From Erysipelotrichaceae bacterium (GTDB lineage: Bacteria > Bacillota_I > Bacilli_A > Erysipelotrichales > Erysipelotrichaceae), in assembly GCA_030604855.1 (NCBI GenBank), contig JAUVVC010000009.1:36868-68867 (forward strand): a stretch of DNA of 32,000 nucleotides, read 5' to 3'. How positions within the stretch are numbered: the stretch's first letter is position 1; the number at the start of each line of letters is the position of its first letter. The notes under the pieces are model-generated. The model was not told the origin of the DNA. It saw only the letters and a program-made list of their open reading frames with translations, and ran no database searches. The position numbers and the translations under genes are program-made. Positions 1-8,848 of the stretch are shown here, one piece after another.

Positions 1-1383
1 TTGATGTTAGGTGTTTTAATCATGCTGTGGGTCATGCAGATCGTTTTTTTAAGTGCCTACTTCAAACAAATGAAAGTCACTCAAGTTGAAAGCGTTGCGA
101 ATAAGATTGAAGAATCCATTCTAAACAATCAGTTCAACATGAGTGTTCAAGTCAGTGCGGTGCAAAACAATGTTTGTGGACTCGTCTACAGTTCGAAAGG
201 GCAGTTGTTGTATCAAGTGGATGCTTTAGGCTTGGGTTGTGTTTTGAATTCCAACGCAATTGGATTCGCACAGAAGATTCAAAACTATACACAGATGATC
301 AATGAATCGCCCCAAGGTGAATTTGCCTTAACAGTAAACAACGCTGTAATTCAGCAAGATATGATTGTTTATGGGAAGAAGGTACTGTTGCCTTTTGGTA
401 ATTACTATATTTTCTTGAATTCAAGTTTGTTGCCGATTGATTCGACCATTTCGATCCTTCAACAACAATTCATCTATGTCACCATCATGGTTTTTGTCTT
501 GTTTAGTGTGGTATCACTTTATATTTCTAGCAACATCACAAAACCGATCATTAAGATGAAAAAAGAGGCTTTGAAACTTGCTCAAGGAAACTATGATGTT
601 TATTTTGAGAAGACGCAGTTCACGGAGTTCAGTGAACTTGCGGATACGTTGAACAACACATCCAGTGAATTGAAGAAGATGGATGATTTGCGGAAGGATT
701 TGATTGCTAATGTATCGCATGATATCAAGACACCCTTGACGATGATCAAGGCTTATGCGGAAATGATCAAAGACATTTCAGGGGATAACAAGAAAAAGCG
801 TGAGGAACATCTGGGAGTCATTTTAGATGAGGTGAATCATTTGGATCATTTGGTTCAAGATATGACACAGTTGTCGCAGATGCAATCCAGTGTGTTGACT
901 TTAGATTTGAAACAATTCAATTGTGTGGATTTGGTTAAGGAGTCTTTACGTTTGCTAGATGGATTGATCAAGTCCAATAAAATCAAAGTGGAGTTGTTTG
1001 CACCTCAAGAAGTCATTGTGATCGGAGATCCTTTAAAGATCAAACAAGTTGTCATCAACTTTGTAAGCAATGCGATCAAATTCGTAGGCAAAGATAAGAT
1101 TCTTATCTTACAGATCTTGTGTGAGCAAGATATGGTGAAAGTGGAAATCATCGACCATGGCATCGGCATCAGTGAGCAGGACCTCCCATACATCTGGGAT
1201 CGATACTATAAGATCGATAAACATCATCATCGCAATGTGGCGGGAACAGGTTTGGGTCTAAGCATTGCTTCAGCTATTCTTAAGAGTCATGCGTATCCTT
1301 TTGGGGTAAACAGTGTTCTCGATAAAGGAAGTGTCTTCTGGTTCAAATTACCGTATGCCAAGAAGCCGGAACATGTCTTATGA
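1..1383 (+). CDS. Sensor histidine kinase (two TM segments, HAMP-like linker, HisKA, HATPase_c). The N-terminus is probably truncated by the window edge.
   Basis: H-box SHDIKTPLTMIKAY. N-box and G-boxes (VINFVSNAIKF, DHGIGIS, GTGLGLSIA). The ORF runs from base 1, so the true start may lie upstream. Confidence 0.9.
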   Translation: MMLGVLIMLWVMQIVFLSAYFKQMKVTQVESVANKIEESILNNQFNMSVQVSAVQNNVCGLVYSSKGQLLYQVDALGLGCVLNSNAIGFAQKIQNYTQMINESPQGEFALTVNNAVIQQDMIVYGKKVLLPFGNYYIFLNSSLLPIDSTISILQQQFIYVTIMVFVLFSVVSLYISSNITKPIIKMKKEALKLAQGNYDVYFEKTQFTEFSELADTLNNTSSELKKMDDLRKDLIANVSHDIKTPLTMIKAYAEMIKDISGDNKKKREEHLGVILDEVNHLDHLVQDMTQLSQMQSSVLTLDLKQFNCVDLVKESLRLLDGLIKSNKIKVELFAPQEVIVIGDPLKIKQVVINFVSNAIKFVGKDKILILQILCEQDMVKVEIIDHGIGISEQDLPYIWDRYYKIDKHHHRNVAGTGLGLSIASAILKSHAYPFGVNSVLDKGSVFWFKLPYAKKPEHVL

Positions 1384-2018
1384 TGCCGTTGGACTACATC
1401 AAAGGGACACGACTAAGATTGATGCAAACAGAAGCGATCTATAAGATGACTTCGGATACCTTTCATTTAGCGAATTTCATCAAGGTGCGTAAACATGATC
1501 GCGTCTTGGAAGTTGGATGTAATACAGGTGTCATCATTATGGTTGCCAGTCTCAGTACGGATCAAACATGTTTAGGGATCGATATTAATAACGAAGCCTT
1601 GGAATTGGCGAAGCAGAATGTGGCATTGAATGAAATAAGGAATGTACGATTGGAGTGTGTGGACTTCAAACATTTGAATCAGAATAATTTTGATTTATTG
1701 GTATGTAATCCACCCTATTATCGCCATCAGAATATTGATGCGGATCATGCACGGTTGGATGTTTCATTGAGTCTTGAGGATCTGGCGAAACACGCATTCT
1801 TCGTATTAAAGGATAAAGGTCGATGCTCGATCATATTGACTGCGGAACGCATGGGTGAAGCCATCCACATCTTTGCAGAACAGCGTTTTGCTTTGAAGCG
1901 TATACAAATGATTCATCATACTTTGCATCATCCAGCAAGCAGCGTATGTATGGAGTTCAGTAAATTGGGAAGAGTTCATTGCAAGGTTGAAGCACCGATC
2001 GTGAACACTGGGGTTTGA
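1380..2018 (+). CDS. Class I SAM-dependent N6-adenine-type methyltransferase (NPPY motif; TrmN6/YfiC/YabB-like tRNA methyltransferase family)
   Basis: Motif I LEVGCNTGV and motif IV LLVCNPPYY. Its ATG overlaps the kinase stop codon (ATGA at 1380-1383). Confidence 0.75.
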   Translation: MMPLDYIKGTRLRLMQTEAIYKMTSDTFHLANFIKVRKHDRVLEVGCNTGVIIMVASLSTDQTCLGIDINNEALELAKQNVALNEIRNVRLECVDFKHLNQNNFDLLVCNPPYYRHQNIDADHARLDVSLSLEDLAKHAFFVLKDKGRCSIILTAERMGEAIHIFAEQRFALKRIQMIHHTLHHPASSVCMEFSKLGRVHCKVEAPIVNTGV

Positions 2019-2019
2019 T

Positions 2020-2706
2020 ATGAATGGAACATTGGTAAATGGACTTGCGATTACGATTGGATCGATCATCGGAATCGTTTTAAAGAGTGGCTTCATCAAA
2101 TCTAAAAGTAAGGCGATCATGTCCGCTTTGGGTTTAAGCACGCTCATTATTGGGTTTCAAGGGGTCATCAACTATGCAAATGTCTTGTTGCTCATCGTAG
2201 CGCTCGCATTAGGTGTCTTAATCGGTGAATTGATGAAACTTGAGGATCATTTGAATCATTTCGCTTATGCTCTGGAGAGACGCTTTGCGAAGGGGAGTGA
2301 CAGCAGCTTCGCCCAAGGTTTCATCAGTGCGAGCATCTTGTTTGGTGTCGGTGCGATGGCGATTGTGGGATCCTTGGAAAGCGGTTTGCGACAAAATGAG
2401 ACCATCTTATACACCAAGTCTTTGTTGGATTTCATTTCATCGATTGTTTTTGCTTCAACCTATGGTTGGGGTGTGTTGTTTTCAGCTTTTGTGATCATGA
2501 TCTATCAGGGGGCGATTACGATTCTAAGCACCTTTGTCGCACCGGTGATGACGGAGATCATGATCACAGATATCAGTGCCGTGGGATCGGCCTTGATCAT
2601 CGGAATTGGGTTGAATATGCTCGAGATGACAAAATTGAAGTTGGCGAATTTCCTCCCGGCGATTCTTGTGATGATCGCGCTCTCTTATGCTTTGTCTTTG
2701 ATTTGA
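2020..2706 (+). CDS. DUF554 (YqgA/YdfK-like) integral membrane protein
   Basis: Polytopic hydrophobic protein with family-typical segments KSLLDFISSIVFAS, DISAVGSALIIGIG and LPAILVM. It starts 1 nt after the previous stop codon. Confidence 0.7.
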   Translation: MNGTLVNGLAITIGSIIGIVLKSGFIKSKSKAIMSALGLSTLIIGFQGVINYANVLLLIVALALGVLIGELMKLEDHLNHFAYALERRFAKGSDSSFAQGFISASILFGVGAMAIVGSLESGLRQNETILYTKSLLDFISSIVFASTYGWGVLFSAFVIMIYQGAITILSTFVAPVMTEIMITDISAVGSALIIGIGLNMLEMTKLKLANFLPAILVMIALSYALSLI

Positions 2707-2730
2707 CAAGCAATGGTTTTATGGTATACT
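2703..2730 (+). promoter_or_regulatory. Sigma-A type promoter for rplU-prp-rpmA
   Basis: -35 TTGACA (2703-2708), 16-nt spacer, extended -10 TGgTATACT (2722-2730). The -35 overlaps the DUF554 stop codon. Confidence 0.7.
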
Positions 2731-2736
2731 AACTAC

Positions 2737-2840
2737 GTTGTATTCTCTTTTATGGGATGCAACCGCACGTTAAGGTTTTTAAGCGCCAAAATTGGCCACC
2801 GTACACGGCGAGTCTCAAACACAGAAGGAGGTGCAAAAAC
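2737..2840 (+). promoter_or_regulatory. Candidate ribosomal protein L21 leader (structured 5' UTR of the rplU operon)
   Basis: An untranslated leader of about 100 nt lies between the predicted promoter and the rplU SD (AGGAGG 2826-2831). It contains small hairpins, for example GCCA-AAAU-UGGC. Firmicutes carry an L21 leader at this position. I did not verify the consensus. Confidence 0.45.
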
Positions 2841-3152
2841 ATGTACGCAATTATTGAAACAGGTGGCAAACAACTCAAAGTCGAAGTAGGACAAAGTATC
2901 TACGTTGAAAAGTTGGAAGTTGAAGCTGGTGAAGTGGTTGTATTTGACAAAGTATTGGTTGTCAATGCAAAGTCCACTAAAATCGGAACACCGTATGTTA
3001 AGGGTGCGACCGTTAGCGCAAAAGTAGAAAAACAAGGTAAGGAAAAAAAGATCATTATCTATAAGTACAAACCTAAGAAGGGTTCTACTCACCGCAAGCA
3101 AGGTCATCGTCAACCTTATACCAAACTTGTCATCGAAGCCATCGAAGCTTAA
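2841..3152 (+). CDS. rplU: 50S ribosomal protein L21
   Basis: [18 protein letters not shown]... preceded by a strong SD. The upstream part of the listed ORF (2757-2840) is leader, not coding. Confidence 0.97.
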   Translation: MYAIIETGGKQLKVEVGQSIYVEKLEVEAGEVVVFDKVLVVNAKSTKIGTPYVKGATVSAKVEKQGKEKKIIIYKYKPKKGSTHRKQGHRQPYTKLVIEAIEA

Positions 3153-3153
3153 T

Positions 3154-3471
3154 ATGATCCAAGTCCTGGTTGTAAGGAATGCGGATTCGATCATGGGCAT
3201 TCAGATCAGTGGCCATGCGAATGCAGGTCCGAGAGGTTCAGATTTGGTTTGTGCATCCGTTAGTAGTATCGCAACCGGTGCATTGAATGCTTTGGATGCG
3301 GAATACCCGGATGATGTCGAACTGACTCTAACGGAAGTTCCAGATGCGATGATTGAAATCAAAGTCTTACGAAATCATCAAAACCTACAAGCTTTGCTTA
3401 GAATGCTCTACATTCAGATTCAAACGCTTGCAGAAAATCAATCAAAATATATAACAATTAAGGAGGTGTAG
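3154..3471 (+). CDS. prp: Ribosomal-processing cysteine protease Prp (YsxB family)
   Basis: Lies between rplU and rpmA. Has the conserved SGHA...[11 protein letters not shown] His/Cys dyad. The ATG is 1 nt after the rplU stop. Confidence 0.9.
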   Translation: MIQVLVVRNADSIMGIQISGHANAGPRGSDLVCASVSSIATGALNALDAEYPDDVELTLTEVPDAMIEIKVLRNHQNLQALLRMLYIQIQTLAENQSKYITIKEV

Positions 3472-3473
3472 CT

Positions 3474-3758
3474 ATGAAGTTTACCTTGAATATCCAATTA
3501 TTCGCTTCTAAAAAGGGTGTTGGTTCATCACGCAATGGTCGTGACAGTCACTCGAAGCGTTTAGGTGCAAAGAAATCAGATGGTCAATTTGCTACAGCGG
3601 GCTCAATTTTGTATCGTCAACGTGGAACAAAAATCCACCCAGGTACAAACGTTGGACGTGGCAGTGATGATACCTTGTTCACAAAAGTCGACGGTATCGT
3701 TAAGTTTGAACGTTTAGGCAAAGACAAGAAAAAAGTTTCTGTTTATCCACAAGCATAA
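3474..3758 (+). CDS. rpmA: 50S ribosomal protein L27 with a cleavable N-terminal propeptide
   Basis: [10 protein letters not shown]|[15 protein letters not shown]. The ASKKG mature N-terminus and the F|A Prp cleavage context are present. Confidence 0.97.
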   Translation: MKFTLNIQLFASKKGVGSSRNGRDSHSKRLGAKKSDGQFATAGSILYRQRGTKIHPGTNVGRGSDDTLFTKVDGIVKFERLGKDKKKVSVYPQA

Positions 3759-3779
3759 AATCCCGTTAGGGATTTTTTT
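3758..3779 (+). terminator. Rho-independent terminator after rpmA
   Basis: AAATCCC-GTTA-GGGATTT stem-loop followed by a T-run. Confidence 0.8.
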
Positions 3780-3793
3780 ATCGGAGGGTTAAA

Positions 3794-5065
3794 ATGTTTA
3801 TCGATCGCGTAAAAATTAAAGTTAAAGCTGGTAAGGGTGGCGATGGTATGGCCTCTTTTCGGCGTGAGAAGTATGTACCTTTAGGTGGCCCTTTCGGCGG
3901 GGATGGTGGTAATGGCGGAAGCGTTATCTTTGAAGCGGATTCCAACAAGTCCACTTTACTGGATCTACGTTTTAATCGTCTCATCATTGCCCAAGACGGA
4001 GGTCGTGGTTTAAATAAGAAGATGCATGGTCCCGCAGGCAATGACATCATCATCAAAGTTCCGATTGGAACCATCATCAAAGACATCAAGCATGACATCA
4101 TCTTAGCGGATCTGATTGAAGTCGGCCAACAAGCCATCATCGCTCAAGGCGGTCGTGGTGGACGTGGAAACTGGCATTTTGCGACACCACGCAATCCAGC
4201 ACCCGATTTTGCGGAAAAAGGTGAGCTTGGCGAAGAAAAGGATGTCGAAATTGAGTTGAAACTCTTGGCTGATGTCGGTTTGGTCGGCTATCCATCCGTT
4301 GGTAAATCAACCTTCTTATCCGTGGTGTCCAAGGCGAAACCTGAGATCGCAGCCTATCCATTTACAACCTTGATTCCTCAGTTGGGGGTTGTTCAAGCAC
4401 CCGATGGACGCTCATTTGTATTGGCGGATCTACCCGGTCTTATCGAAGGTGCACACCAAGGCAAAGGCTTAGGGCATCAGTTCTTGCAGCATATTGAACG
4501 TTGCCGTGTCTTGATCCACATCATCGACATGGGTGCAGAGGATCATCGTGATCCCGTCAATGATTATCGCATCATCAATGATGAGTTGGGTCAATATGAG
4601 TATCGTTTGTTGGAAAGACCTCAAGTCGTCGTAGCGAACAAAATGGATCTACCGGGTGCTGAAGAAAATCTGGAACGTTTTAAGAAAGCCTACCCTAAGC
4701 TTCAAGTATTTGAAACCATCACCCTGATTCAAGAAGGTTTGGATCCGATTCTATATGCCGTAGCGGATCTGCTGCAAACAACGCAGGCCTTTATCATGGA
4801 AGAAATTCAAAATGAAGCCGTCCATTACAAATTCATCGAAGAAGTCCCTTACGAAATCAAACAATTCAATGCGAACACCTTTGTCATCACAGGGGATCGC
4901 ATCGAGCGTATCTTTCATAAAGCCGACATCACAACCGAACAAGGCGCACAACGATTTGCACGTACCTTACGTCATTTGGGTGTGGATGATGCGTTGCGTG
5001 AAAAGGGTGCTAAGGATGGTGATGTCATCGTCATCCATGATTATCAGTTCATCTTCATGGACTAG
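3794..5065 (+). CDS. obg: GTPase Obg/CgtA
   Basis: Glycine-rich Obg fold (GKGGDG, GGDGGNGG). G motifs GYPSVGKST, DLPGLIEGA, NKMD. C-terminal OCT domain. SD GGAGGG. Confidence 0.97.
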   Translation: MFIDRVKIKVKAGKGGDGMASFRREKYVPLGGPFGGDGGNGGSVIFEADSNKSTLLDLRFNRLIIAQDGGRGLNKKMHGPAGNDIIIKVPIGTIIKDIKHDIILADLIEVGQQAIIAQGGRGGRGNWHFATPRNPAPDFAEKGELGEEKDVEIELKLLADVGLVGYPSVGKSTFLSVVSKAKPEIAAYPFTTLIPQLGVVQAPDGRSFVLADLPGLIEGAHQGKGLGHQFLQHIERCRVLIHIIDMGAEDHRDPVNDYRIINDELGQYEYRLLERPQVVVANKMDLPGAEENLERFKKAYPKLQVFETITLIQEGLDPILYAVADLLQTTQAFIMEEIQNEAVHYKFIEEVPYEIKQFNANTFVITGDRIERIFHKADITTEQGAQRFARTLRHLGVDDALREKGAKDGDVIVIHDYQFIFMD

Positions 5066-5070
5066 CTCTG

Positions 5071-5079
5071 TGCTATAAT
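5071..5079 (+). promoter_or_regulatory. Extended -10 promoter placed for a leaderless ruvA transcript (candidate)
   Basis: TGcTATAAT, then exactly 6 nt (AAGGCT), then ATG at 5086. No correctly spaced SD. Confidence 0.45.
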
Positions 5080-5085
5080 AAGGCT

Positions 5086-5664
5086 ATGATTGCATACATT
5101 ACTGGAAAAGTTCATAGTTACGGATCAGATTGGGTGATTCTAGATCATAGAGGTCTAGGTTATCGAATCTTTTTCGCATATCCGGAACGTTTGAAACTCA
5201 ATGAAGAAGTCTGTTTATATACCTATCAATACATTCGTGAGGATGAGCACAGTCTCTATGGATTCTTGAATATGCAAGAATACGAATTTTTTCTTAAGTT
5301 GATCAGTGTCAAAGGGGTTGGATGTAAGACGGCGAATGCGATTTTCGCTGCTTCGAATTTTGAACAGCTTGTAATGGCCATAGAGAATTCTGACCTGGAT
5401 TATTTAAAGCGTCTACCCGGTATCGGTGCCAAGACGGCTTCACAAATTATTTTGGATCTTAAGGGAAAGCTCATCTCCATGCGTAATGAAGAAGTGAAGG
5501 GTTCAAAATCTGTACAAGAAGCGCTTGAAGCACTTAAGGCTTTGGGTTATAAACAAAGTGAATTGACACCCTTGCTCAAGGAGCTTGAGAAGTCGAGCAA
5601 TGAAAGTGTCGATGTTTTATTGAAGCTTGCATTACAGCTTTTGGCTCAAAGAAGGAGACAATAA
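5086..5664 (+). CDS. ruvA: Holliday junction DNA helicase subunit RuvA
   Basis: MIAYITGKV... with HhH motifs VKGVGCKTA and LPGIGAKTA. Confidence 0.95.
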   Translation: MIAYITGKVHSYGSDWVILDHRGLGYRIFFAYPERLKLNEEVCLYTYQYIREDEHSLYGFLNMQEYEFFLKLISVKGVGCKTANAIFAASNFEQLVMAIENSDLDYLKRLPGIGAKTASQIILDLKGKLISMRNEEVKGSKSVQEALEALKALGYKQSELTPLLKELEKSSNESVDVLLKLALQLLAQRRRQ

Positions 5665-5665
5665 G

Positions 5666-6667
5666 ATGGAACGCTTATTATCATCAAATTTGATGCAGGA
5701 AGATGAAGATATTAATTTACGACCCCAGACCTTAAATGAATATGTGGGTCAGACTGGTTTGAAAGAGAATTTACGTATTTTCATACAAGCTGCGAAATCT
5801 CGTGAGGAGAGTTTGGATCATGTGTTGCTTTATGGTCCTCCAGGTTTAGGCAAGACGACTTTGGCGTATATCTTGTCGCATGAAATGGAGAGCAACATTC
5901 GGATCACAAGTGGACCGAGTATTGAGCGTTCAGGTGATTTGGCGGCGATTTTGAGCACACTCCAGGCAGGGGATGTGCTGTTTATTGATGAGATTCATCG
6001 TTTACCGAAAGCAGTGGAAGAGGTTCTTTATCCAGCTATGGAAGATTATGCGATTGATGTGGTGGTTGGAAAAGAAGCGTCGGTTCGTTCAATTCGTTTA
6101 GAGCTACCACCGTTCACCCTTGTTGGAGCAACAACGCGAGCGGGTGATCTAACGGCACCATTACGAGATCGTTTCGGTATCGTAAGCAAATTGGATTACT
6201 ATACGCAGGAAGAGTTGAAGCAAATCATTGAGCGGACTTCACGCGTGATGGAGACCAGCATTGATAAAGCTGCAGTCCATGAAATCGCTAAGCGGAGTCG
6301 TGGGACACCGCGGATCGCAAATCGCTTGTTTCGTCGGGTTCGTGACTTTGCTCAAGTCTTGAATGATGGGCATATCGATCTTAAAGTCGCCGAGTTGGCA
6401 TTGGATCGATTGAAGGTGGATCACTTAGGTTTGGACGATGTGGATATTCGATATCTAAAGGGCATCATTGAACGTTTCAAAGGAGGACCTGTTGGATTGG
6501 ATGCGATCGCATCCAGCATTCAGGAAGAAGCCATGACCTTGGAAGATGTTTATGAACCTTATTTGCTTCAAATCGGCTTCATCAATCGTACTGCACGCGG
6601 ACGTGTCGTCACACAAAAAGCATATCAACATCTTGGAATTCTTATGCAAGAGGGACTCTTCGAGTAA
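5666..6667 (+). CDS. ruvB: Holliday junction DNA helicase RuvB
   Basis: Walker [10 protein letters not shown] and Walker B FIDEIHR. SD AAGGAGA. The ATG at 5666 is preferred over the upstream in-frame ATG at 5627. Confidence 0.96.
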   Translation: MERLLSSNLMQEDEDINLRPQTLNEYVGQTGLKENLRIFIQAAKSREESLDHVLLYGPPGLGKTTLAYILSHEMESNIRITSGPSIERSGDLAAILSTLQAGDVLFIDEIHRLPKAVEEVLYPAMEDYAIDVVVGKEASVRSIRLELPPFTLVGATTRAGDLTAPLRDRFGIVSKLDYYTQEELKQIIERTSRVMETSIDKAAVHEIAKRSRGTPRIANRLFRRVRDFAQVLNDGHIDLKVAELALDRLKVDHLGLDDVDIRYLKGIIERFKGGPVGLDAIASSIQEEAMTLEDVYEPYLLQIGFINRTARGRVVTQKAYQHLGILMQEGLFE

Positions 6668-6684
6668 AACTCTTGTTTTTTTTT
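6647..6684 (+). terminator. Rho-independent terminator after ruvB
   Basis: CAAGAG...CTCTTG outer stem with an inner ACTC-TTC-GAGT stem, followed by nine T residues. It overlaps the ruvB stop region. Confidence 0.75.
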
Positions 6685-6727
6685 GACATTATGCTATTAT
6701 TGTTTCGTTAATCAAGGAGAGGGACAC

Positions 6728-7048
6728 ATGTTTAATTTTGGTCGTAATCAATTAAGTCAGGAAGAAGCATACAATCAATTGAAAAACGATAAGAAGATTA
6801 TTCTTATCGATGTTCGTACAGTAGAAGAATTTGAAGAGGATGGACATGTGGAAGGAAGCATCAATATACCGTTGCATACCGTTCCAAGTGAGTTTGCGAA
6901 AGTTGTGCCCGATAAGAATGCGAAGATTTTTATCATCTGCTACAGCGGAGCCCGTGCATCGGACGCGACCGCATTTGTCAAACGTCTGGGGTACACGGAT
7001 GTCCATAACATTGGTGGCGTTGGCACTTGGCGTTACGGTTTGATCTAG
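6728..7048 (+). CDS. Single-domain rhodanese-like sulfurtransferase
   Basis: LIDVRTVEEFEEDGHVEGSINIP and active-site loop CYSGARAS. SD AAGGAGAGGG lies before the ATG at 6728. Confidence 0.85.
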   Translation: MFNFGRNQLSQEEAYNQLKNDKKIILIDVRTVEEFEEDGHVEGSINIPLHTVPSEFAKVVPDKNAKIFIICYSGARASDATAFVKRLGYTDVHNIGGVGTWRYGLI

Positions 7049-7701
7049 AGTCCAAAGAGTTCAATTAGTTGATGAACATCTGAACATGCGTGTTGAGATG
7101 TTTTTTTAATATGTTCAAGAAGTCTCTCATCTGTATGGGACCACTTTGCCCATATGAAATCTACATTGGCGTTTTCTGCCATGGTTTGACCAACCGGCAT
7201 GTCATCGATCACACAGATGTCTTTATGATCAAGATGAAAGTCATGAATGACATTCAGGATGGGTTTGATATGAGGTTTGATGTTTTCGGGACCAGCGTCA
7301 TAGCCATAGATGCGATCGGGTTCAAAACCAAAGTGATCCAGATAATCTCGTCGGATCTCAGTGGATTCAGAATATGAGACAACGATGATGATCCCTTCCT
7401 GTGCTTTAAAGCGTTGGAGCAAGGTGTACCATCCATCAAAGGGAGGTGCCTGTTTGCATTTGGTATGCCGTTTCCATATTTCATACTCTATCATCATCTC
7501 AGCTTTATCAAAGCCATAGCGGACTTCACATAGATGATGGAACCCATAGACAAAACAGTGATGATTGAATTCATCGAAACTTAATGGCTTTTGATCGGGT
7601 CGGAGCTGACGTAGTGTATCGAGAAAAGCTGGATAGTGAATCGTTCTTGAGCTATCGACCACCGTATCATCGTGGTCAAGGACTAAACATTTATATTTCA
7701 T
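7045..7701 (-). CDS. HAD-IA family hydrolase (phosphatase)
   Basis: Motif I LVLDHDDTVVDS (DxDxT), motif II VVSYS, motif IV VIDDMPVG. Shares the palindromic CTAG stop overlap with the rhodanese gene. Confidence 0.85.
   Translation of the reverse strand: MKYKCLVLDHDDTVVDSSRTIHYPAFLDTLRQLRPDQKPLSFDEFNHHCFVYGFHHLCEVRYGFDKAEMMIEYEIWKRHTKCKQAPPFDGWYTLLQRFKAQEGIIIVVSYSESTEIRRDYLDHFGFEPDRIYGYDAGPENIKPHIKPILNVIHDFHLDHKDICVIDDMPVGQTMAENANVDFIWAKWSHTDERLLEHIKKTSQHACSDVHQLIELFGL
7075..7108 (+). terminator. Rho-independent terminator for the rhodanese gene, embedded in the 3' coding end of the convergent HAD gene
   Basis: AACATCT-g-AACA-[TGCG]-TGTT-g-AGATGTT (11 bp with one G/G mismatch) followed by a T-run. 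Confidence 0.75.
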
Positions 7702-7707
7702 GCTTAC

Positions 7708-7716
7708 ATTTTAGCA
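7708..7716 (-). promoter_or_regulatory. Extended -10 promoter placed for a leaderless HAD transcript (candidate)
   Basis: The minus strand reads TGcTAAAAT, then 6 nt (GTAAGC), then ATG at 7701. No SD. Confidence 0.45.
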
Positions 7717-7736
7717 TAAAGCACTTTTTTGGATTA

Positions 7737-7745
7737 TGATATAAT
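7737..7745 (+). promoter_or_regulatory. Extended -10 promoter for murG-murB-divIB
   Basis: TGaTATAAT lies 23 nt upstream of the murG ATG, with SD GAAGGGAG in between. Confidence 0.6.
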
Positions 7746-7768
7746 GACTTAGCGAAGGGAGTCTTCAC

Positions 7769-8848
7769 ATGAAAATTTGTATTGTGACGGGTGGTACAGG
7801 CGGTCATATCTATCCTGCATTGGCGCTTGCCCAAGCTTTGAAAGAACAAGACATGAACCATGAACTCTTATTCATTGGTAATGAGGATCGAATGGAAGCT
7901 CGAATGATTCCACAAGCGGGGTATGCTTTTAAGGGAATCCAAACAAAAGGGATTCAAGGCAATATCCTTAATAAACTCTATGCGCTTTATACTTTGTTTT
8001 TTAATCGTAAAGCGGTAAAGATGATTCTAAATTCATTTAGTCCCGATCTTGTGATCGGGTTTGGTGGCTATGTCTGTGTTCCTGTCATTCTGGAAGCCAA
8101 GAAGATGGGAATCAAAACATTCTTGCATGAACAAAATGCGATTGCGGGTAAAGCCAATCTTTTCCTCGCAAAACACGTGGATGGAATTGCGGTAAGTTAT
8201 GAAGCAAATCTACAGCAATTTCCGTTGCACAAGACACGTTTGATTGGTAATCCAAGGACATACGTCTTTAAGCAAAAAGCGCATACTCAGTCGATTTTGA
8301 CTGAAATCGGATTGGATCCAGCAAAACCCAGTGTTTTGTTTGTCATGGGTTCCTTAGGATCCAGTTCCATCAATGCGATGATGGGCAGTGTGTTAGCGTT
8401 ATTAAATGAACATCATTTGCAGTGTATCTATGTAACAGGCAAACAACATTATGATGCGTTCATCGCTGAAAACGATGAGACTTCTTACGTAAAGATTTTG
8501 CCTTACATCGATCAGGTTCAAGCCATGCACGAGGTAAGTCTGATGGTCACACGGGGTGGTGCGACGACGGCAGCTGAAATCATGGTCAGTGGTTGTCCTT
8601 CCATCATCATTCCAAGTCCGTTCGTACCAAACAATCATCAGTATCACAATGCGAAGGTGTTGTATGATGCAGAGGCCAGCGTATTGTTGGAAGAGAAAGA
8701 TTGTGATGCGCAACAACTAAGCATGATGATTCTGGACTTGATTCATGACGAGAATCGATTGAAAATGATGCGCGAGAAGGCTAAGCCACTGGGTCGCCTA
8801 AATGCAGCAGAAGATTTCATACAATGGATCAATGAGGTTATGAATTGA
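7769..8848 (+). CDS. murG: Undecaprenyldiphospho-muramoylpentapeptide beta-N-acetylglucosaminyltransferase MurG
   Basis: N-terminal GGTGGHIYPALA. GT28 N- and C-terminal domains. Confidence 0.95.
   Translation: MKICIVTGGTGGHIYPALALAQALKEQDMNHELLFIGNEDRMEARMIPQAGYAFKGIQTKGIQGNILNKLYALYTLFFNRKAVKMILNSFSPDLVIGFGGYVCVPVILEAKKMGIKTFLHEQNAIAGKANLFLAKHVDGIAVSYEANLQQFPLHKTRLIGNPRTYVFKQKAHTQSILTEIGLDPAKPSVLFVMGSLGSSSINAMMGSVLALLNEHHLQCIYVTGKQHYDAFIAENDETSYVKILPYIDQVQAMHEVSLMVTRGGATTAAEIMVSGCPSIIIPSPFVPNNHQYHNAKVLYDAEASVLLEEKDCDAQQLSMMILDLIHDENRLKMMREKAKPLGRLNAAEDFIQWINEVMN

Noticed and set aside
2733-3200. 155-aa minus-strand ORF opposite the rplU leader and gene.
   Set aside because: It is antisense to an unambiguous ribosomal protein gene and its promoter. 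It has no signals of its own.
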